DNA of 64,000 nucleotides from Histomonas meleagridis 2922-C6/04-290x (taxonomy: Eukaryota > Protista > Parabasalia), in NCBI GenBank assembly GCA_020184695.1, contig JAANOX010000042.1, forward strand, positions 330,766 to 394,765. Reading direction: 5' to 3'. Below are positions 1-12,312 of this stretch, in pieces (the stretch's first letter is position 1; each line of letters starts with the position of its first letter). The notes under the pieces are model-generated. The model did not search any database and was not told the DNA's origin. It was given only the letters and a program-made list of their open reading frames with translations. Made by a program: the position numbers and the translations under genes.

Positions 1-2
1 GG

Positions 3-1616
3 CAAATCATTTCTAACATTAATGCATGTCATGCCATCGGTGAAATTCTTTCAACAACTTTAGGCCCACGTGGTATGGACAAGTTAATCCATAACGGAGA
101 CAAGCGTGCCATTGTTACTAATGATGGTGCTACCGTTATGCGTGAATTAGACATTGTTCATCCTGCAGCTCAACTTCTTGTTGAAGTTGCTAAATCACAA
201 GACGAAGAAATTGGTGATGGTACCACTTCTGTTGTAGTTCTTAGCTGCGCACTTCTTGATGCAGCACGTCCATATTTAGAAGATGGTGTTCATCCTCAAT
301 TCATATGTCGTTGCTATCGCAATGCCCTTAATACAGTCGTTCAAACCCTCGATAAAATAGCAGTTAACATCAATGCCAGCGAGCGTTCAATTCTTGAAAG
401 TTGTGCTGCTACTACACTTCGATCCAAATTAGTCAGTGACAAACGCGAATTCTTTGCCAAAATGATTGTAGACGCCGTTGAAAGTCTTGACTCCAACTTA
501 CGAATTGAAGATTTAGGAGTTAAGATGGTCAAAGGTGGTGGCATTGAGGATTCATTCTTTGTTCCTGGTGTTGCCTTCAAGCGCACATTCTTCTATGCCG
601 GTTTTGACCAACAGCCCAAACATTTTACAAATCCAAAGATATTATTATTAAATGTCGAATTAGAATTACAAGGCGCCTCATCCGACTCCGAAGTCCGCGT
701 AGAAGATCCCAAGAAGTACCAAGAAATCGTTGATGCTGAATGGAAGATCATTCAAGACAAACTTAACAATTGTCTCAACTGCGGCGCTAATGTTGTCCTA
801 AGTCGTAAGCCAATAGGCGACATCGCAACGCAGTTCTTTGCCGACCACGACATCTTCTGCGCTGGCCGTGTTCCGGAAGAAGATATGAACCGCACAGCCA
901 AAGCCACCGGCGGCATCATATTATCCACAACGACAGACATCCATCAAGAGTCACTTGGCACATGCGAAACATTTGAAGAGCGCCAAGTCGGAAAGAAGCG
1001 GTTCAATGTATTCACTGGCTGCAAAGGCAAATCCGCTACAATTGTGTTACGTGGCGGCGCTAAACAATTCTTAGAAGAGGCCGAACGTAGTATACATGAC
1101 GCGATAATGATCGTGCGCAGGGCTAAGAAGGCCGGAAGAATCGTCGGCGGCGCGGGCGCTGTCGAGATGACATTAGCCAAAACATTAAATGAGAAGGCGA
1201 TGAAAATGGACGGAAAGAGCCAACTCATCATCCAAGCATACGCGAACGCACTCGAAAGTATTCCAAGAGCGTTAGCGAATAATGCCGGATTCGACTCGTT
1301 CGAAATATTAAACAAGCTGAGATTCGCACACGCGAAAGATGGCGAAAACGGAATATGGATGGGCGTAGATATAGAGAAAGGCGACGTCGTGGACGCAGTG
1401 AAGGAATTCATTTGGGAGCCGCTGGTGGTGAAGATGAACGCAATGAAGGCGGCGACAGAGGCGGCATGCACAATTCTGTCTGTGGATGAAACTGTTTCGA
1501 TTCCGGAACATGAAACAACATTCGATACGGGAATGCCCGGACAACAACAGAATGTACAACGTGGAAGAGGAGGAATGCCAATGCCTCAGATGGGAGGACT
1601 ACCCGGAATGCACTGA
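3..1616 (+). CDS. CCT7: T-complex protein 1 subunit eta (CCT7), 5' end runs off the window
   Basis: The frame is open from base 3 (QIISNINACHAIGEILSTTLGPRGMDKLI). It has chaperonin motifs TNDGAT and GDGTTSVV and the eta-type FSYAGF-like KRTFFYAGFDQQPK. Confidence 0.93.
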   Translation, partial: QIISNINACHAIGEILSTTLGPRGMDKLIHNGDKRAIVTNDGATVMRELDIVHPAAQLLVEVAKSQDEEIGDGTTSVVVLSCALLDAARPYLEDGVHPQFICRCYRNALNTVVQTLDKIAVNINASERSILESCAATTLRSKLVSDKREFFAKMIVDAVESLDSNLRIEDLGVKMVKGGGIEDSFFVPGVAFKRTFFYAGFDQQPKHFTNPKILLLNVELELQGASSDSEVRVEDPKKYQEIVDAEWKIIQDKLNNCLNCGANVVLSRKPIGDIATQFFADHDIFCAGRVPEEDMNRTAKATGGIILSTTTDIHQESLGTCETFEERQVGKKRFNVFTGCKGKSATIVLRGGAKQFLEEAERSIHDAIMIVRRAKKAGRIVGGAGAVEMTLAKTLNEKAMKMDGKSQLIIQAYANALESIPRALANNAGFDSFEILNKLRFAHAKDGENGIWMGVDIEKGDVVDAVKEFIWEPLVVKMNAMKAATEAACTILSVDETVSIPEHETTFDTGMPGQQQNVQRGRGGMPMPQMGGLPGMH

Positions 1617-2671
1617 ACAGAAACTGAATAAACTTCAAATGAAAAAATTATTTATCAAATAATTTAAGTTGCCAGTGTATTGATACAGATCTTAAGATTG
1701 CTTTTGAAAAAATTCAATAGTTTATTTCCGTTTTTGGGTTGACTAAACTCGTTAAAAAGTCAGAATAAAGTATTGAATTATAACTATAATTTGTGTTTTC
1801 TTTGACAAAAAAATCGACAAAATAAGCTGTTTTTACCATGCGCTCTCCTTACTTGTTTCAAGGCTATGTTAATTTGCTTTAGTCAATGCAAAATGTGCGG
1901 CAACCTCCTCTCATTTCGTTGTATCAATGAATTTTAAATTAATATTCGGCCCTACAGATTTTTTGATATATTAATTAATTCGTATTTAAATGATTTCAAA
2001 AATTCTTTGAAGTAAAGATGTTTTGAAACGTGCTATGATGTAAACCACTCATGTATTTGACAGATTGACACTCCATTCTTATTTGAATAGTTTATTTTGA
2101 AAAGATGTTATCATCATATTCGATATCAAATCCTTTGAAATTGCTTCACCATATCAATAAGGGCTCATTTCTTTGAGGTCATTTATTGAACATAAAAATA
2201 CGAAAGAATATATGAAAATATTTATGATTTCAGGCATTTTCATGTATCACACTTTTCGAATTGAAAGTACAGCTTTACATAAGAAAATTACAAGTTATAT
2301 CATTAGTGGAATCAAAATACTTTTGATTGTCCAAATCATCAAATCAAAAAAATCAAAGTTATTTCAAAGAACGCAAAGTGCAAACACAATTTTCATACTT
2401 ATTGTCTTTATCTCATATTTATGAAAATTATGATCCAAGTACGAATACACTCTTCATAAATCAAAGTGATCTTCCAACTGATTACGAAAATGATGCTGAA
2501 CATGTTGTAATAGAATATCCAGTGAAAACAATTCCAAATAATGCTTTTAAGAATTGGAAAAAAATAATTTCAGTCAAAATGAACGAATCAGTTACAGTAA
2601 TTGGTTCATATGCATTTGCAGGATGTTCAGCATTAGAAAGTATCACAATTCCTGATTCAGTTACTGATATA

Positions 2672-3980
2672 TAGGGTGTTCAAAAAGTCATGACCCCCCC
2701 TCCTATCTCAATGAATAAACAATTTTAGATATTCTTGTTTATTTATGTGATATAGTATTCTCCATTGTTTTCTATTATCCACTTCAATCTTTTGATCCAT
2801 TCCAAGAACACGCTTTGAAGCTCTTCAAAAATTGACGTGTTCCCATGCCGTTAAAATTTGAGTTTTTTTAATTGATGTTTCGATTTTATCTCTTTATCTT
2901 CCAAATATTTTTAAATAACCAAATAACCAAAAGTCGCATGGGCTGATGTCAGGAGAATAAGGTGGGTGCGGAATGGATTTAAGCTTTATTTGATTTAATT
3001 TTTTTGTTGAACTAAATTTCCTTTGTGAACTTTACAATTGTCCATATGAATCATCATTTGATCTAAGTCCAATTGATCCTCATCCTCATTTGTATTTTTA
3101 ATTATTTCTTCAATAATATTATCGATGAAATAGCGTTGATTATATTTTTTGCTTTTTGGTAGAAAATCAATGCATAATAGGGAATTTCCATTGAAGAACA
3201 TTGTCAGCATGATTTTTTCACTGTCAATTTTCTTTTGGGTACGGGTTGGCACTTCATCTCGTGATGCTGCATACATATAAGAACTTTGATAATTAAAATA
3301 AAACCATGACTCATCCCCAGTCATTATATTAATGAAATTTTTCTTTTCCGCTTTTTTTTTTATTTTTAAATTTGATTTTGACATATTGTCTCTTTCCAAT
3401 TTTTTTTCTTTCGTCAAATCATAGGGGACCCATTTCCTAGTGAAGCGCCTCAATGCCATGTCCTCATAAAGAACTTTTAATACAGTAGTTGTAGTCACTG
3501 ATAATTGCTTTGCAATTAAGCGGGCTGAAATAAATGGTTTCTTATGAAGAATTTTTTAAATTGGATGAACAAGATCAGATGGGGGTATCCCAGTACGTTT
3601 CCTCATCAAGGCATGAAAAGTCACCATTTTGGAATTTTCTACACCACCTTTTGACTGTACTTCTATGAACTGTATTATTTCCCAAGACAGTGAACATTTC
3701 TCTCGTATATGGCTTTGTATCTTTTTCCTGAGAGGAAGAGAAATTTAATAATGAATCTTTGTTCGACGGCATCCATGAAAAAAAGTGACGGTTCTTCTCA
3801 AATTTTTTGCGTCACCAAAATTTAAATTAAATTTTTCTCGATATGCAATTAATCAAAAATCACATATTTCACATATATAAGATCTTCATTAACTATATTT
3901 TAATATTATATGAATATTTTATTTATAAACTAATCACAGCCCATAATAGGAGGGGGGGTCAGGACTTTTTGAACACCCTA
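2672..3980 (-). mobile_element. mariner (Tc1/mariner, DD34D) DNA transposon, 1309 bp
   Basis: 35-bp TIRs at 2672-2706 and 3946-3980 with 1 mismatch (TAGGGTGTTCAAAAAGTCMTGACCCCCCCTCCTAT). TA target duplication at 2670-2671 and 3981-3982. Internal transposase remnant. Confidence 0.95.
2743..3776 (-). pseudogene. mariner transposase, multiply frameshifted
   Basis: MDAVEQRFIIKFL start, HTH (STVKRWCRKF), WVPYDL, TGDESW, HMDNCKVH and YSPDISPCDF motifs, and the ..WIIENNGEYY C-terminus. After removing one extra A, 34 residues separate the 2nd and 3rd Asp. Confidence 0.9.
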
Positions 3981-5451
3981 TATGTCAAGCAGCATTTTAT
4001 AATTGTACCTTGTTAACGACAGTTCATATTGGTGTGGGTTTAAAAACAATTGTTATATCTGTATTTCAGTATTGTTCCTCATTAAAAAACATTACACTTT
4101 TATCAGTAGAAAAAATGGTTCCAATTCATTTCAATCATGCACAAGCTTAGTAACAGTAATTTTTGGAGATAAATTAAAAACAATTGAAAGTTATGCATTT
4201 TCTAGATGTAGTCAATTAAAAGACATCACAATTCCATCATCAGTTACAACAATTGGTGAAAATCCATTTAGTAGATGTTCAGGTCTTCAATTTATTAAAG
4301 TTAATAATTCTAATCCGAAATTTTCTAATTATAATAATGATGGAGTGCTTTATGATAAAAATATCCAAAAATTAATTTCATATCCAATTGGAAATGAAAG
4401 AGATACATTTGAAATTCCTTCAACAATTACAACTATTAATAAAAATGCATTTTTTACATGTTCACAAATCACAACACTTTATATTAGAGGAAATGTTAAA
4501 TCTATTGAAAGTAATGCATTTGATGAATGTACAAATCTTACATGCATATATTTTTATGGAAACACAGCTCCATCTGATCAATCTAATTCATTTTCAAACA
4601 TCAATACAACATATATTATGACTCTATATAATTTTTCAGAAAAAATTTTTTCATTGACACCATCCAATGGAACAATTATCGAAGGCTGTGAACCATTCCC
4701 TACTGCCACATTCAGTGAATCAAATCAATTTTCACAATCAAATACATTTTCACAATCAAATACATATACACAGTCAAATACTTATACACAAAGTAATACA
4801 TATTCGCAATCAGATTCATTCACTAGATCAAATTCATTTACACATTCAAACACACATATATCATCAAACCAATTTTCATTTTCGCGTCTTTTTACTGTTT
4901 CAAGTTCTTCATTTCCAATTAATGCATCTTTAACGCATTCCCTCATTCTCTCTCATGTGTATACATTACTTGCCACTCAAACTGTCACACTACTTCCCAC
5001 ACACTTCAACACAATATTTCTTTCGTACTTCAATTCCACTTATATTTTATTTACGACAAATATAATATTTTATGAGTATGTAACTGTTCATTTCTCTTTC
5101 TATTTCACATTTTATTCTGAATTTTATACATTTTATTTACAAGAAGTTACAACACAAAGTAACACATTAGATAAAGGAGAAATAATTGGTATCATATGTG
5201 GTGCAGTTGCGATATTTTTGTTGATTGTTGGAATTACAATATTTCTAATTCGTAAAAATAAAAACAAAAATCAACAAAATATAACAAATGAATGTAAACA
5301 TTCATCAACAAGTGACGAAAAAATTATTGAAAACATTAATGATGAAGAACTAAAGAACAATGTCTTATGTGAAAATGACCAATGGATTTAAATCCAAATC
5401 AAATTTCTATAATATATTTTATTAAATCTATAGTTATATATCTAAAAAAAA

Positions 5452-6504
5452 TTATTTCCAAAAACAAAATCTTTTTGTTTTTTGATCTTTCTCATAAAAC
5501 GCCTCCGCAGTTTTTATTAGTTCATAAGGGTCATGAATTGAAGAAGTCTGTAGCAACACAATCAGTTTTGAGTACTTTAGGTCCTCGTGATTTTTCATAA
5601 TGAGCTTAACGTTCGCCACGCCCAAGTAATACAAAAAGTTTTCGATGTTTGGAATGTGTGAAAACAGAACGTCCCAAATTTGGAGGATATTTAAGAGCAT
5701 TGATTCCTGTGCAAACATCAAGTTAAACCATTTGTATGCATAGGTAATCGATTCAATCTTTTCTTGGGAAAATTTCTCGGCAATTGATGGTAAATGTCGT
5801 TGTAATAACTCATCGAATTGCGATAATTGAGTGCTAATGTTCTCCCTTAGATTCATCTTGGAATAAAAGACTTGGAGTTCAGTGCTTGTGATGATTTGTT
5901 GAAGACAATGAAAGGATATGGCTTCAACTAAATCCATATTGGAATAAAAAACATCTTCTGCATTATAAAAAACATAATAAAATGGTACAAGTAACTCGTT
6001 AAAACCTTGCATGTATGAAAAGGAACAATTAATTGTTCCAAATATATAAAGAATACGTTCAAAACGTCGAAGGAATTCATTGTAAGGAGCATACTTATCA
6101 TCTGGACTTGCATCTAGTGGTGGTTCAAGTTTTGGGAAATATTTGAAATGACGAGTTGTTCGGATAACATCAACATGAACTGCATGCATAAGTTTTTGAT
6201 TAGGTACATTCAGTTCAGTCTTCAAGACATTCTCTGGAATGTATAACTTTTCCCAACCTTCAAGTTGAAAATCATGAATAAATTCTGTATAGTTATTTTT
6301 AATTTTTTCTCTTTCTTCAAGCCAAAGATTTGGATTTTGTGGATATATTCCCAATAAAACCAGCCAAGCAATACATCGTTCTTCAGGAGGTGTTGATAAA
6401 GAAAATCTTGCATGGCAAATTTGTTTTATAGCTTCTATATCTATTTTTTGATTATCAGGATTTGGCAATACTAAGGGTAAAACTTTATATTCTTTTGCTT
6501 TCAT
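5452..6504 (-). CDS. TBC-domain Rab GTPase-activating protein
   Basis: Arg finger VHVDVIRT, Gln finger YMQGFNEL and a YKWFNLMFAQE motif. Confidence 0.88.
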   Translation of the reverse strand: MKAKEYKVLPLVLPNPDNQKIDIEAIKQICHARFSLSTPPEERCIAWLVLLGIYPQNPNLWLEEREKIKNNYTEFIHDFQLEGWEKLYIPENVLKTELNVPNQKLMHAVHVDVIRTTRHFKYFPKLEPPLDASPDDKYAPYNEFLRRFERILYIFGTINCSFSYMQGFNELLVPFYYVFYNAEDVFYSNMDLVEAISFHCLQQIITSTELQVFYSKMNLRENISTQLSQFDELLQRHLPSIAEKFSQEKIESITYAYKWFNLMFAQESMLLNILQIWDVLFSHIPNIENFLYYLGVANVKLIMKNHEDLKYSKLIVLLQTSSIHDPYELIKTAEAFYEKDQKTKRFCFWK

Positions 6505-6742
6505 ATTAACTGTTTGATTTCTAGCAGATTTTATGTGTTGTATTTAAAAAGTCAACAACTTGCCACTTTTTGTCCGTTTAGAGCGTTTAGGAATTGTGTA
6601 TGTATGTTTGACTATATAACAATTCAATTCCAATCCGATGGATTTGTCGATGATCTAAAATTTCTTTTGGCAGCCGTTACGACTTGTTTAAATCAACCGT
6701 CGGATTTCAATATGAGTTTTTGGGTTTGAATGTAAATTTGTT

Positions 6743-9418
6743 ATGGATGTTACAGAAGCCTCACAGTGGAGAGAAATTGCAAATGACCCCAAAAGTCCGA
6801 CTGTATTAGAGGAAGTCCATGACCAAGTTTCTACAGTTGAGGATCAGAAAGAGATTGACCCAGTAAGCACATCAGAAAATCAAAATGATCAGCAAAGTAC
6901 AGATAACAACGATAAAACGAAGAACAACGAACTAACAGACGAACAAAAATCCTTGATATCATTAATAGTTCCTCCTAACAAAAGATCAGTTATACCAACT
7001 ATTACAAAACAAAAACTTCCAATTACCTCTAGCAATGACAAGCGTATTCTGTCGCCATTTTTTGATGACAAAGAGCTTACCAAATCTTTGTCACCTATTC
7101 CAAATCCATTTGATTATCAAACGTTTGAAGAATATAATGATGCAGTTGCTGCATGGGAGAAATCCACTAAAGAAGCCACAAAGTCTCAGTCATTGCCTCA
7201 GCCTGTATCTATGTTTCATTCAAGAATTGTTCAAGAACTTTTAATTACACCTGTTTACAAACAAAAAATGTCTTTCAAGCCAACAAGTTCAGATATTCTT
7301 GATATTGAAAGCATCTTAATTCATGATCGACATTTTAATACATCGCTTACAACCAAAGCTCCATTAGATTATTTTTTAAGGGAAACATGGAAATCGCAAT
7401 TAATATCACAGCCACCAGATCCTCAATGTTTTGATACATTTGAAGAATTTCAAGAATCTTATATTAATTGGTGTAATATCACTTCCAAATGTAAGCTCCT
7501 CCCTCATCATCCACATGATTTTGCAGAACAATTAGGATTTATTCCACAGCAAAAAGAACATCAAATTTTCGATCAGTCGGAATTGAATACTTTACAACAA
7601 TCACAAACCGTCAAAACACCACCCGCAAAAAATCCGTTTTGCTCAACACGGATTTGTCGATCACTTTATTATTCTTTTTATGGTTCATATCCTGACCCAC
7701 AAGAATTTATCTTATATGAATTATATAAAACACCAAATGCACCAAAAGATGTCATTAATCATTTCAAACAATATGTTAATGATTTCATGGCATGTGGTAT
7801 TACAAAGAATGAATTACAGTCCAATAACTTTTTCTCTGATACTGCCAATGCATTAGCATTATTTGATAATCGAAATGATGTCATTTTATTTAATCCATCT
7901 GCTCCTAATGAAGTTAAATGCCAACGCCTTATCTTTTATTTTAGGCAACTTCGGCGAACATTTTCATTTCCATACATTTATCAATTATCATTATCATCAC
8001 AAGAAATCATCTGTCAGAATTTATCCATGGTGACCAACTATTTGTTTTCGGATGTCTTAGTTTATAACCGCTTCATTTGTGCCCTAAATTTATTTTCATA
8101 TTCACCGACAACATTTATTAATAACATTATCGAGAAGTCACTACTCGCAATCACGCCAACGACGTCACTTATCTTAGTACAATTCTTCAAAGTGTTATTA
8201 AATTATTATTTGACAAATATATTATGTAAACACTGCAAGATAAAACCTGACAAGTGCAGTATCCTTATTGCATGTAAAGACCAAGCGTTTATCTTTATGA
8301 GTACATTTGCGTCTAACATTGGTGTCCCAATGATGTTAAAGCAAATTGAAGCCGAAAATTCGTTGTTGAACATCGCCATAATTATATTATCATTTGAAGT
8401 TAATTTACCGATATTACCAAAGTTCATAAGTTATTTCAAGCCAAATTTGTTTAATTTCTTTAATGATATTTCAAAATGTTCACCAAAAGATTTCATTTAT
8501 TTGAATGAATACATTTACTTTAACAAGCCATCAATTGAATTATTGTTCCCGACTTTCATCGACTTTATTTCCAACGCTTCTTTTGGTGATTTGTCCGACC
8601 AAATGATCAACTTTTTGATTAACTATATTTCAATCAAACCGTTCATGAAAATTAAGGACAAATCTGGTCTGATAGCCGCTTTTACGTGCACAACCACAAA
8701 ATCCCATTTGAATAACAATTCAATTTTGCTTGGAAAATTTGCGTACACTTTTTCACGGTTCATCACAAACGTTACGGTTTTTTCCAACCGCCAGAAAAAC
8801 GATATATTAACGACCGTTAGCGAAATGTTAAATGAAAACACCGGAAACCGTTATCTACTCAAAACTGTCGGACGAATATTAATTAAATGGGAATCAGTAG
8901 CTAATAATAATAAGGATTGGGTTGATCCATTTTTAAATTGTTTATCAAATGACATAACATCGAATGAACAAAAAGAAATTCAAGAAGAAGTTTGGAAATA
9001 TTTCCGAAAACTTTTTGTTGATCATTCTAAACTTGCATTAAAGATTATGCAAACACCACAATTACAAACTAAAATAGTTAAAGGAATTAAAATCATCGAA
9101 CCGAATTCGTTCTTACAAATACTTCGACTTGTCACCGAATTCTTAATCAAACATGTCGAGATCGATTCTGATAGCCAAGAAATCGGCGCAGGTTTCATAT
9201 TTCTGCTGTCGAACGTCCCGAGTGTACTTATCGAGTTCGCGAAGCTGTTGAACTTGGCCGAGTGCAAGTTAAATAGACACATCGAAAGTATATTGAAGGG
9301 AAACCCGAACAAGAAAGTGATTATGCTGATAAGGAAGTACACAATAGCTATGAATGAACGAGTCGCCTGTAAGCAATTGTTCAGCGGTAAATATAACGCA
9401 CAAATAAACGCAAGATAA
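6743..9418 (+). CDS. hypothetical protein (891 aa), duplicated P-x-P-x-x-F-x-TFEE motif, helical C-terminal half
   Basis: Long uninterrupted ORF with two similar motifs (PNPFDYQTFEEYNDAVAAW; PDPQCFDTFEEFQESYINW). No family recognised. Confidence 0.75.
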   Translation: MDVTEASQWREIANDPKSPTVLEEVHDQVSTVEDQKEIDPVSTSENQNDQQSTDNNDKTKNNELTDEQKSLISLIVPPNKRSVIPTITKQKLPITSSNDKRILSPFFDDKELTKSLSPIPNPFDYQTFEEYNDAVAAWEKSTKEATKSQSLPQPVSMFHSRIVQELLITPVYKQKMSFKPTSSDILDIESILIHDRHFNTSLTTKAPLDYFLRETWKSQLISQPPDPQCFDTFEEFQESYINWCNITSKCKLLPHHPHDFAEQLGFIPQQKEHQIFDQSELNTLQQSQTVKTPPAKNPFCSTRICRSLYYSFYGSYPDPQEFILYELYKTPNAPKDVINHFKQYVNDFMACGITKNELQSNNFFSDTANALALFDNRNDVILFNPSAPNEVKCQRLIFYFRQLRRTFSFPYIYQLSLSSQEIICQNLSMVTNYLFSDVLVYNRFICALNLFSYSPTTFINNIIEKSLLAITPTTSLILVQFFKVLLNYYLTNILCKHCKIKPDKCSILIACKDQAFIFMSTFASNIGVPMMLKQIEAENSLLNIAIIILSFEVNLPILPKFISYFKPNLFNFFNDISKCSPKDFIYLNEYIYFNKPSIELLFPTFIDFISNASFGDLSDQMINFLINYISIKPFMKIKDKSGLIAAFTCTTTKSHLNNNSILLGKFAYTFSRFITNVTVFSNRQKNDILTTVSEMLNENTGNRYLLKTVGRILIKWESVANNNKDWVDPFLNCLSNDITSNEQKEIQEEVWKYFRKLFVDHSKLALKIMQTPQLQTKIVKGIKIIEPNSFLQILRLVTEFLIKHVEIDSDSQEIGAGFIFLLSNVPSVLIEFAKLLNLAECKLNRHIESILKGNPNKKVIMLIRKYTIAMNERVACKQLFSGKYNAQINAR

Positions 9419-9490
9419 ACATTGCGAACACGAAATTATATGTTATTAATTAATAAAACAATCGTTTGATTTATCCGATTTTTGAATTAA

Positions 9491-12312
9491 TTAGTGACTT
9501 AATGAATGTTATCTTGAGATGAGTGTAAATAATTAGTGACTTAATGAATGTTATCTTGAGATGAGTGTAAATAATTAGTGACTTAATGAATTTATCTTGA
9601 GATGAGTGTAAATAATTAGTGACTTAATGAATGTTATCTTGAGATGAGTGTAAATAATTAGTGACTTAATGAATTTATCTTGAGATGAGTGTAAATAATT
9701 AGTGACTTAATGAATTTATCTTGAGATGAGTATAAATAATTAGTGACTTAATGAATTTATCTTGAGATGAGTGTAAATAATTAGTGACTTAATGAATTTA
9801 TCTTGAGATGAGTGTAAATAATTAGTGACTTAATGAATTTATCTTGAGATGAGTGTAAATAATTAGTGACTTAATGAATTTATCTTGAGATGAGTGTAAA
9901 TAATTAGTGACTTAATGAATTTATCTTGAGATGAGTGTAAATAATTAGTGACTTAATGAATGTTATTTTGAGATGAGTATAAATAATTAGTGACTTAATG
10001 AATTTATCTTGAGATGAGTGTAAATAATTAGTGACTTAATGAATTTATCTTGAGATGAGTGTAAATAATTAGTGACTTAATGAATTTATCTTGAGATGAG
10101 TGTAAATAATTAGTGACTTAATGAATTTATCTTGAGATGAGTGTAAATAATTAGTGACTTAATGAATGTTATTTTTGAGATGAGTATAAATAATTAGTGA
10201 CTTAATGAATTTATCTTGAGATGAGTGTAAATAATTAGTGACTTAATGAATTTATCTTGAGATGAGTGTAAATAATTAGTGACTTAATGAATTTATCTTG
10301 AGATGAGTGTAAATAATTAGTGACTTAATGAATTTATCTTGAGATGAGTGTAAATAATTAGTGACTTAATGAATGTAATTTTGAGATGAGTATAAATAAT
10401 TAGTGACTTAATGAATTTATCTTGAGATGAGTGTAAATAATTAGTGACTTAATGAATTTATCTTGAGATGAGTGTAAATAATTAGTGACTTAATGAATTT
10501 ATCTTGAGATGAGTGTAAATAATTAGTGACTTAATGAATTTATCTTGAGATGAGTGTAAATAATTAGTGACTTAATGAATTTATCTTGAGATGAGTGTAA
10601 ATAATTAGTGACTTAATGAATTTATCTTGAGATGAGTGTAAATAATTAGTGACTTAATGAATTTATCTTGAGATGAGTGTAAATAATTAGTGACTTAATG
10701 AATTTATCTTGAGATGAGTGTAAATAATTAGTGACTTAATGAATTTATCTTGAGATGAGTGTAAATAATTAGTGACTTAATGAATTTATCTTGAGATGAG
10801 TGTAAATAATTAGTGACTTAATGAATTTATCTTGAGATGAGTGTAAATAATTAGTGACTTAATGAATTTATCTTGAGATGAGTGTAAATAATTAGTGACT
10901 TAATGAATTTATCTTGAGATGAGTGTAAATAATTAGTGACTTAATGAATTTATCTTGAGATGAGTGTAAATAATTAGTGACTTAATGAATTTATCTTGAG
11001 ATGAGTGTAAATAATTAGTGACTTAATGAATTTATCTTGAGATGAGTGTAAATAATTAGTGACTTAATGAATTTATCTTGAGATGAGTGTAAATAATTAG
11101 TGACTTAATGAATTTATCTTGAGATGAGTGTAAATAATTAGTGACTTAATGAATTTATCTTGAGATGAGTGTAAATAATTAGTGACTTAATGAATTTATC
11201 TTGAGATGAGTGTAAATAATTAGTGACTTAATGAATTTATCTTGAGATGAGTGTAAATAATTAGTGACTTAATGAATTTATCTTGAGATGAGTGTAAATA
11301 ATTAGTGACTTAATGAATTTATCTTGAGATGAGTGTAAATAATTAGTGACTTAATGAATTTATCTTGAGATGAGTGTAAATAATTAGTGACTTAATGAAT
11401 GTTATCTTGAGATGAGTGTAAATAATTAGTGACTTAATGAATTTATCTTGAGATGAGTGTAAATAATTAGTGACTTAATGAATGTTATTTTGAGATGAGT
11501 ATAAATAATTAGTGACTTAATGAATTTATCTTGAGATGAGTGTAAATAATTAGTGACTTAATGAATTTATCTTGAGATGAGTGTAAATAATTAGTGACTT
11601 AATGAATTTATCTTGAGATGAGTGTAAATAATTAGTGACTTAATGAATTTATCTTGAGATGAGTGTAAATAATTAGTGACTTAATGAATTTATCTTGAGA
11701 TGAGTGTAAATAATTAGTGACTTAATGAATTTATCTTGAGATGAGTGTAAATAATTAGTGACTTAATGAATTTATCTTGAGATGAGTGTAAATAATTAGT
11801 GACTTAATGAATTTATCTTGAGATGAGTGTAAATAATTAGTGACTTAATGAATTTATCTTGAGATGAGTGTAAATAATTAGTGACTTAATGAATTTATCT
11901 TGAGATGAGTGTAAATAATTAGTGACTTAATGAATTTATCTTGAGATGAGTGTAAATAATTAGTGACTTAATGAATTTATCTTGAGATGAGTGTAAATAA
12001 TTAGTGACTTAATGAATTTATCTTGAGATGAGTGTAAATAATTAGTGACTTAATGAATTTATCTTGAGATGAGTGTAAATAATTAGTGACTTAATGAATT
12101 TATCTTGAGATGAGTGTAAATAATTAGTGACTTAATGAATTTATCTTGAGATGAGTGTAAATAATTAGTGACTTAATGAATTTATCTTGAGATGAGTGTA
12201 AATAATTAGTGACTTAATGAATTTATCTTGAGATGAGTGTAAATAATTAGTGACTTAATGAATGTTATCTTGAGATGAGTATAAATAATTAGTGACTTAA
12301 TGAATTTATCTT
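9491..12312. repeat. 41-bp tandem satellite (~68-69 copies), unit TTAGTGACTTAATGAATTTATCTTGAGATGAGTGTAAATAA
   Basis: Head-to-tail near-identical units with no spacers, plus 42-bp AATGTTA variants. A degenerate copy lies at ~12353-12386. Confidence 0.97.

Larger units (their letters stand above)
2327..5391 (+). pseudogene. BspA-like (LRR_5) surface protein with Ser/Thr stalk and TM helix, interrupted by a mariner insertion and a frameshift
   Basis: TpLRR repeats (ITIPDSVTDI, TIPSSVTTIGENPFSRC) lie on both sides of the element. Removing the element and one TA restores frame (IPDSVTDI|CQAAFYNCTLL). A further 1-nt frameshift occurs near 4115. SNTFSQ-type repeats, a TM (IIGIICGAVAIFLLIVGITIFLI) and a short tail follow. 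The true start is uncertain. Confidence 0.85.

Noticed and set aside
341-1638. Antisense and alternate-frame ORFs over CCT7 (likewise over CCT1, RPC2, kinases, COG6 and others)
   Set aside because: Shadow ORFs of conserved genes with no independent motifs.
9491-12312. CRISPR array
   Set aside because: Units are contiguous with no unique spacers, there are no cas genes, and the context is eukaryotic.
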